Under the pieces are notes generated by a model. The model ran no database searches. It was not told where the DNA came from and saw nothing but the letters and a program-made list of their open reading frames with translations. 64,000 nucleotides of DNA from assembly GCA_023213395.1 (NCBI GenBank), contig CM041465.1:216325741-216389740 (forward strand), read 5' to 3'. Of this stretch, positions 56,715-64,000 are shown piece by piece (position 1 is the first letter of the stretch; the number at the start of each line of letters is the position of its first letter). The DNA comes from Cycas panzhihuaensis. Its lineage: Eukaryota > Plantae > Cycadophyta. The position numbers and the translations under genes were made by a program.

Positions 56715-57399
56715 CTACTATTTTAGGCAATATAATGTGATTTAAAATTTGATATTTTATATGTTCTAATATTTAAAGTCACATTAAACTTATTTTAAAT
56801 CTATTTTGGAGTCCTTAAAGCCCTAAGTGAGGTCACATGGTACTTTTTTTGTGACAAAGAGCTAACTTGAATTAGGCTAAATTTCTTTCTTTTTTATTTT
56901 TATTTCTTTTATTTTTTCATCTTTATAAAGATCTTTGCTCATAAAATATTAAATATCTCCCTCATATAAACATGGGTTTTAATTTCATTAGGTGTATTAG
57001 AGAGTTGACTCACATAGCTTCATAATGACTAGTCATATATTATGTTTTAAAGATTTTTCATGGTAGTTTTTAAGGCTTAAAGTTCTAACTTTGGTTTAAC
57101 AAGTTAATTTTTATATTATAATTAGAACTTGTGCCTAGAGAAAGAAGAGTTGTATCATATGTTTATGCTCAAACTCTTTAATAAATTATCTAAGTTTAAT
57201 CCATATTTTAGTAGATGGAGTTGTGGATGTTTAGCTTAGTTTCCTTCTTGATTTATCAAAATAAAGGTAAATAAGCATAATTAAGAGCATGTAAAAGTTG
57301 TTTTGTAGGTAAATATCAGTGAACCATATAAGTAAGGGTTATTCTAGAAGACTAGTAGATATAATAATTAGTTATCCATGTGCTATGGTAGATGTTTGG

Positions 57400-60300
57400 A
57401 TTTTATATGTATGTTTTCTAAATCATTAGAAAACATATCAAAGATTAATTAAAATACTATTCTTTGTTGAGAAAACTTGGTTTTCCTTGATTTTCTTATT
57501 ATTATTTTATTGTGTTATGATGACCTTCTAGCATTTATCTTTTTGAATAACAACTATAACTAGTAGTAGATCATAAGAAGTTGTATTAGATTTATTCAAT
57601 CTTTAGGCATTGAAATAAGAATAGGTAAGAATCTAATTATTATAATCATTCTACCTTCAATGGTCTATTTTTCATTATCACCTCTTTTAACATTGCTTAA
57701 AAGCTCCTCCCCACCATTCACACTCTTATTATCAACCTCAATAAACCCACCTTTACTCTACTAGTCATCACATCTCCTAATTCTCAATTAGTGCTATCTT
57801 CCTCCTTACATTCATCTATTATCATCTACATTTCCTTCCTCCTTTCCTTTCCTTTCCCCAAACCCTCACATCTCTTCATTTGTATTTTTGAGTTATTCTC
57901 CTCCTAATGTTATTTCTTAATCCCTACTTAATTATCTATATCTCATTATCCATCGTTTGAGACATCATCCTCTCGACACCATATTCAAATCCCTACTCAC
58001 CTCTCCTTCTTCCTGCTACTATATTACATGGCCCTATCCTGTATACATCATCCTTAACTATTTTGTCACTACATCTACAACGTTGACTAATCCCACCTAG
58101 TGAACCACAAAAATAAAAAGTTGCCTAATTTTACGGTTTTATCAAAATGATGATATCATTTTCAAATTTAAAAATCTCCCACAAAAATTAACACAAATTA
58201 CCACTTCCTTTAAATTCTAAATCACATGTTATACAAGACCCCTCCTCACCTACCTCAACTTCTACTTTGATTTACTAATTTTTTAATTCTTGTTCATCAA
58301 AGAAAGAGCTTATTCATTTGCCTTATGTGAAATAAATACACTCTTGCTAAAATCATAATCACTCGATCTCTACTCTACATGTACTTACTAAAGAAACTCG
58401 TGATATTAGAGGTTAGAGCCCCAATTCAAAATAAAAAGGCTAGTAAAGTAGACTATAAGAAAAGACCAAGAATGGCTACCAAAGAAGACATCAACAACAA
58501 CCTCAACATTCATCTAAACTTTCTTGAAGAATCCAATAAACAAATTGATAATAAATTATTGACTCTTATAGATTCTAAAGCTAAAATACCACATCTCCCA
58601 TTCAATGAAAGCGACAATAATGGACCAATTTAGTATAAAAAGTTATCTTATCATTTCTGACTTTAGCATCAAGGGACCAATGGATATAAATGAATGGATT
58701 GCAAAGTTGACAATAGCAATTTGAGACATCTTATCACGAATGAAAATGAGAAAACTAGATTTTCTATCAATCATTTGGAGGGGTATATTTACATATGAGT
58801 ATACAAATCGTACAAAGGTCATAGGTTTGCATTATGCATTGACTTTGTCAATGACCTCTATAAATGTATTGAAGGCCCTAACTTGGCCCCACATAAGCTA
58901 CAGTTCCCTCACTGCTTCCAACATGATTCCTTTATAGAGTTCATTAAATATTTTGAGAAACTTCATCTCAAAATAGATGCGCCCAATAAAAAAGTTGCAC
59001 AATTTAACTAGGTCAACCTCCATTTTGATATTGGCATTCAGGATATAATGCTTTAATCAAGCTTCCCTCACTGCTTCCAACATGATTCCTTTATAGAGTT
59101 CATTAAATATTTTGAGAAACTTCATCTCAAAATAGATGCGCCCAATAAAAAAGTTGCACAATTTAACTAGGTCAACCTCCATTTTGATATTGGCATTTAG
59201 GATATAATGCTTCAATCAAGCTCATTAGTTGATGTCATCACTTTGGCAACACAGGAAGAAACCAAACTTAAAATTTAGGCACCCCACTATATTTTACCAG
59301 CCTAATGGCTTGCCTTTAGCCCTTGGCCTAAGAAGAGTGATAATTACTTTTTGTGTACAGACAATTGGTTTTTGAGTTATAAAAATATGTGTTCAAAATG
59401 GTAGTGACCTATGTAGTTGAGTAAGAATTCAATGATGAAAATTGAAACATTATTAATGACTAATAATGCATTGAATAAATGTAACCAATATCTCTTTAGG
59501 ATGGGCATTTAACTATTTCACTAGTGACCATATTAGGTTTCCAACAACTTAATACTATCAAATTATGTGGATTTTTATGAAAGGGAAAAGTCATTACTCT
59601 AATAGACCTAGGTAGCATACATAACTTCATTGACATAAATTTCACCCTAAGATTAGGTTTTTTTATTAACAAGACCAAGACCTTTCTTATATTAATGCCC
59701 AAATAATGACATATTATATGTGATAGTGAAATTCCATACCAACAACTTTAAACTAGGACCCTTATATTTTTAACTATATATTGTGCCTTCTCCATTGGCA
59801 CTATGGATGTTGTAGTAGGTGTTGAATGGCTCGAGGAGTTAGGCAACTATAGACTAAACCACAAGGAAATTTTCATATAATTCCAATGGAACAAGAAGAT
59901 TTACTAATTGTTAGGAATTACTCTATTGAAATCTAAGATTATTCCAACCACGAAGTTGAATAAGCTTTTTAGCAAAAGGCATGCTAGTTTTATTATCCAT
60001 CTATACTCCATAGAGGCTTAGACTAGATGAGGAAAAACTATAAGAGGACCAACAATAGGAGCTTCAAAATCTCCTTCAGTGGCATCGTAAAGTCTTCTAG
60101 TTGATTCCTATAGTACGTTCACTAGATCATGGAATGAAATCTGTCAACTAACTATATAGGTTTTCTCAAATAATTATTAGCAACCAAGATCTAAAGTTCA
60201 TTGAAACCTATTTGCACTATTTTATGGGGGATAAATAGTCTTGATGGTATACCTAATAGAATACTATTACAATGCTTCTTATTATGCCATAATAAAATGT

Positions 60301-61600
60301 CTGCATTCCTCACCCTATACAAGTATCCTCTGCTAGCTACTCATAAAATTTTCCATTCTTCATCCAAAGCCCTAGAAGTAGAGAAACTTTAGTAGTAGAC
60401 TGACAATATCTTATTATCCCTCAAAGATAATCTTAAATATATTCATAATTAAATGAAGAAACAAGTAGATCAACATCAATTTGAACACCAATTTGCCAAA
60501 GGTGATTAGGTTTTTATTTAATTACAACCTTATGAGTAATCTTCACTTAAGCATTTGGGCAAACAAAAAGTTATCTAAAGGTTTTATAATCCATTTAAGG
60601 TTTTAAAATTCATTGGTTCTCTTTCTTATACCCTTGCCATTTATGGTGCCAAAATCCATAATATCTTGTATATCTTTAGCCTCAAGTTGAAGGTTGGGTC
60701 ACATGTCACTCTAAAAATAAAACTTTTAGTTTTTAACGGATGAAGGCCAACTAGTCATCAATCTCTAAGACATCTTGGATACTTATAGCAAATAATTTCA
60801 TACAAAGACTAATAAAGCATACTTGATTAAATAGAAGGGTTTGCTAAAGGATGATGTAATAGGGAAACATGAAGTCATTCTACTATAGTTTATGAACCTT
60901 CCTATACTTTAAGGGAAAAGTATTTAAAAAATATGAGGATATATTATGACTCTCCCAATCCATGCTAATAAGTTAAACTAATAGGACCAAAATTGTAATA
61001 ATTTAAATAAATACCCAAATAGCATTAGGTGCTAAAGGATGGGAAACATCAATAGTTATACCACATAACTGCCTCAACCATGGGGCCTAACTACTAGAAC
61101 TCTAACATATCACGTGGGACCTAATTAACAGTGTTAGGTAATTGTTAGTAAGATATTTACCACATGGCATTTATCTATGAGGGATCACCTACCCTCATTA
61201 TATGGCAATCATGCAAGGGGGCTCCTTTTATATTTGTAGGGCCTTATACTGCATTTAAAGGTACTACAGTACCATCTTTTATTATCTTAACATATACCCA
61301 ACTAATTGGTGATTAATAATAAATTTATCTATCAATTTCTTTATTTGAATCCTCTTTGATCAATTATATGGTAATATTTATAATAATATATAGGGAAAGT
61401 TTATCATACATTGTGTAAACTCATGTATATATATATGTTTTTAGAATCACTAGAAAGCATATTAACGAATAATCAAAGTATTATTCTCTATTAAGAAGAC
61501 TCAAGTTTCACTAGTTTCCTGTTATTATTTTCTTGTACTCTTATGACCTTCTAGCATTCATTTTCCCAAATAACTACTATAATTAGTAGCAAATCATAGA
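57400..61600 (+). mobile_element. Chromovirus-type gypsy element lacking RT and RNase H (gag, PR, INT C-terminus, chromodomain)
   Basis: The LTR end at ~57400-57577 is repeated at ~61430-61600, with PBS-like TTGTATTAGA. Motifs: MATKEDIN (gag), LIDLGSIHNFID ~59600, DVVVGVEWLEELG ~59810, INT C-terminus 60200-60700, YLIK*KGFAK chromodomain ~60820. The 3' LTR starts at ~60942. Confidence 0.75.
58904..59221 (+). repeat. 159-bp tandem duplication (2 copies, 2 mismatches)
   Basis: ttccctcactgcttccaacatg...aatcaagc at 58904-59062 and 59063-59221. Confidence 0.95.
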
Positions 61601-62134
61601 TAGAGGAGACACTGTCTATCCCAAGTCACAACATAGCAAAGTGGATCCATGAGCAACTACATTAAACTATTGAATAAGGCATGAAATGGTAGCACTATTT
61701 GATCACTACTTACTTGAAATATAATATGTATATGTAGGCTATATGTATGTGGGTATTTTATTAGTAATTTAATTAGTAGTGTATTTTTCATTAATTATTC
61801 CTTGATACACAACTTTGGTTTGGACATCCATTGGGACATTGGGTGGATTTAAGGCACCTTCCAAATGTTTATTCCTCAACCAAGGGTCTTTTAGTAATAT
61901 TTCAAGGTTATTATTAATTTACAAAGAGTAGATCTACTCTACAAGTCACTAAAAACCCTTAGATTTGAGTTCAAATAATCATGGGAGTCGAAAACCCTTC
62001 ATGTGGGCTGTGTAGGCCATGATAATGCTATGGAAATAAATAGTTAATAAAATATATTTATTGTATTATTTAAGCTTTTATTTTTTTTACTGTATCTGAT
62101 GTTGATGGGTTCTAGTTAGTGAATCTATCGTTAC

Positions 62135-62602
62135 TATTACATGGCTAATCTTGCAACCAATCAATATAGAGAAATATGAAGAGACATGAAATAAATAAGA
62201 TAAAGAAGAAAGAAGGGTTCTAAAGAACATCATATCATATCATATCATCCTTATCATCATTATAATAGAGTGGCGTATATATAACCCTCACCCCTTCATT
62301 ATTATATTCCTACCTTTATGTCCACCAATCCTCTTAATCCCCATATAATGGAGGGTCAAAACCCTCTCTAAAGGGTTATGACCCTCTATCATATGGGGAT
62401 TAAGAGGATTGGTGGACATAAAGGTAGGAATATAATAATGAGAGGGTGAGTGTTATATATACGCCACTTTATTGTAATGATGATAAGGATGATATGATAT
62501 GATATGATGTTCTTTAGAACCCTTCTTTCTTCTTTATCTTATTTATTCCATGTCTCTTTATATTTCTCTATATTGATTGGTTACATGATTAGCCATATAA
62601 TA
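62135..62602. repeat. 468-bp near-perfect palindrome (2 x 234 bp, essentially no spacer) occupying a 5' LTR position
   Basis: 62135-62368 is the reverse complement of 62369-62602, with ~15 mismatches and no indels; it is followed by AG and TGGTATCAGAGC. Confidence 0.95.
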
Positions 62603-62604
62603 AG

Positions 62605-62616
62605 TGGTATCAGAGC
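62605..62616 (+). other. Perfect tRNA-iMet PBS
   Basis: TGGTATCAGAGC, 2 nt after the palindrome end. Confidence 0.92.
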
Positions 62617-64000
62617 TAAGGAAAGGGCAATTTTTTTTCTTATTTCATCTTTATTTATTGCAAGTATTGAAGACATAACCCTATTGGAAGATTGGAAGTC
62701 CTATTGAAGGGTTTATAGGGCTAAATATCCTACATATAGTTAAGAGTAAATACCCTAGTAAGAATTTTTTCACCATGCTACTAAGTATTTAGTGTTCATG
62801 CAAGGAGTAGTTCTATAATGTGAAGATCCCTCAACTTGCATGTGTATAAAATTATTGTGAGATTCTATTATGTTGCACCTATTAAGCTACTATTTAATCA
62901 TTAACATTAACTACTTGAGAGATTAGTATGCTAACCACTAGAGATTGCATCATTCCATGTGAAGATGTCATATCTGTTAGAACTCTTTTTAGAGATCTGT
63001 CTATGCCACTTACAATCATTACCTGAGGGAAATTCATTGACCTTGAAGAAGCCAAGCATCATTTTTATATCTTTTATATATAAAATCTATCCCATGGAAA
63101 GCCCTCACTACAACATCTTCACTAATTCACCATTTCTTGTTTATGAATAAGGGTTTTGTCAAGGAACAAGTCAGTGATCCATTCTCCTATGTGTGATCGT
63201 ATATTAATCCACCTATATTTCTGATAATGATGGTATCCATTATGGTTTTTCTCCTACATTGATTGCTTATAGAACATTTGTAATGCCTACTTCTCAACGC
63301 ACCACATCACAAGAACACCAAGCTATACCTATTCTAAACATGTCCTTAGAGCTCTTGCCTCAAATCTGTGGGCTTATGAGCACCTATGGAGGAATTAACT
63401 TAACTACATTGTGATATGAAAACTACCCTATGAAGAAGTTTTTACTCACTAAGTGCTTAAGAGAATTATTCTATCAGAATAGTATAAAGTCCACACTATC
63501 ATAAGAGTACAAAGTCTATTGAAATAATAGAAAGGAATTTTGGCCAAAGATTTCATGGAGTAGAGATGTTGACGTTAACGCTATTGAAGGAAAGTCATGA
63601 GAATGATCGCTCCTCCTATTCACTGTACATTGACACCTTGTATAATTTCTCTAAGCCAACGATAACCTTAAGCCAGTGATCGAGCTCACTTGGATCTCAT
63701 TTAAAGAACATAGAATAGTAGCTCAAAGATTATGGGCATAGAAACCCTAATGGTAGCGGCTACTTAGGGTAATTTAAGAAAAATATTTTATTATTTTTAC
63801 AATACTAAAATTTAATTGGAATTGAGTCTCATATCTGCTAGCCCCCTCTCTAGCTTAGCGACTACCACATGGAACATTCAAGGTGACCTAGTTTTTAAAA
63901 GGGAGTTTAATAAAATTTTTATACCTATTCTCACTATTTCATCTATATCTCTTTTATACAAATTTGGAATTCAGTTATGTCAAATCTATTGGGTTTCTTA

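Larger units (their letters stand above)
48490..57390 (+). mobile_element. Very old Copia-like remnant hosting Copia B and C (its LTR probably begins ~37072)
   Basis: PBS-like TGGTATCAAA at 48761-48770; faint Zn-knuckle/protease-like traces at ~49520-49960 and INT-like traces at ~56800-57170. Confidence 0.45.
62135..64000 (+). mobile_element. LTR element beginning with the palindrome; non-coding or degraded internal region; 3' LTR not seen in the window
   Basis: LTR-like terminus plus PBS; weak chromodomain-like trace (EYKVY..*KGILAKD.SW) at ~63500-63570. Confidence 0.55.

Noticed and set aside
62135-62602. Palindrome as a MITE/foldback DNA transposon
   Set aside because: No flanking TSD is evident, and the exact abutment to a PBS favours an LTR origin; not fully excluded.

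Overview
Eukaryotic, AT-rich, strongly CpG-depleted plant intergenic DNA; the long old LTR elements and Tat/chromovirus/Copia mix suggest a large seed-plant genome such as a gymnosperm (inference). Nearly the whole window is nested, decayed LTR retrotransposons. (1) A Tat-like Ty3/gypsy element on the minus strand (window start to 12919) has a ~2.9-kb 5' LTR and carries an antisense, apparently spliced Plant-Mobile-Domain (PMD) gene. (2) A full-length chromovirus at 13111-19120 has a GAGTA TSD. (3) Three full-length Ty1/copia elements lie at 26834-33933 (+), 37102-48489 (-) and 50008-56714 (-). (4) An internally deleted Tat relative at 40688-44909 has an additional (archaeal-type) RNase H just before its 3' LTR. 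(5) Several older chromovirus and Copia remnants fill the gaps. (6) A 468-bp near-perfect palindrome at 62135-62602 occupies the position of a 5' LTR, directly before a perfect tRNA-iMet PBS. The only host-gene sequence is a CpG-rich, frameshifted, 3'-truncated short-chain dehydrogenase (SDR) pseudogene at about 23870-24504 (-). No intact protein-coding gene, RNA gene or CRISPR array was seen. All alignments and counts were done by eye.
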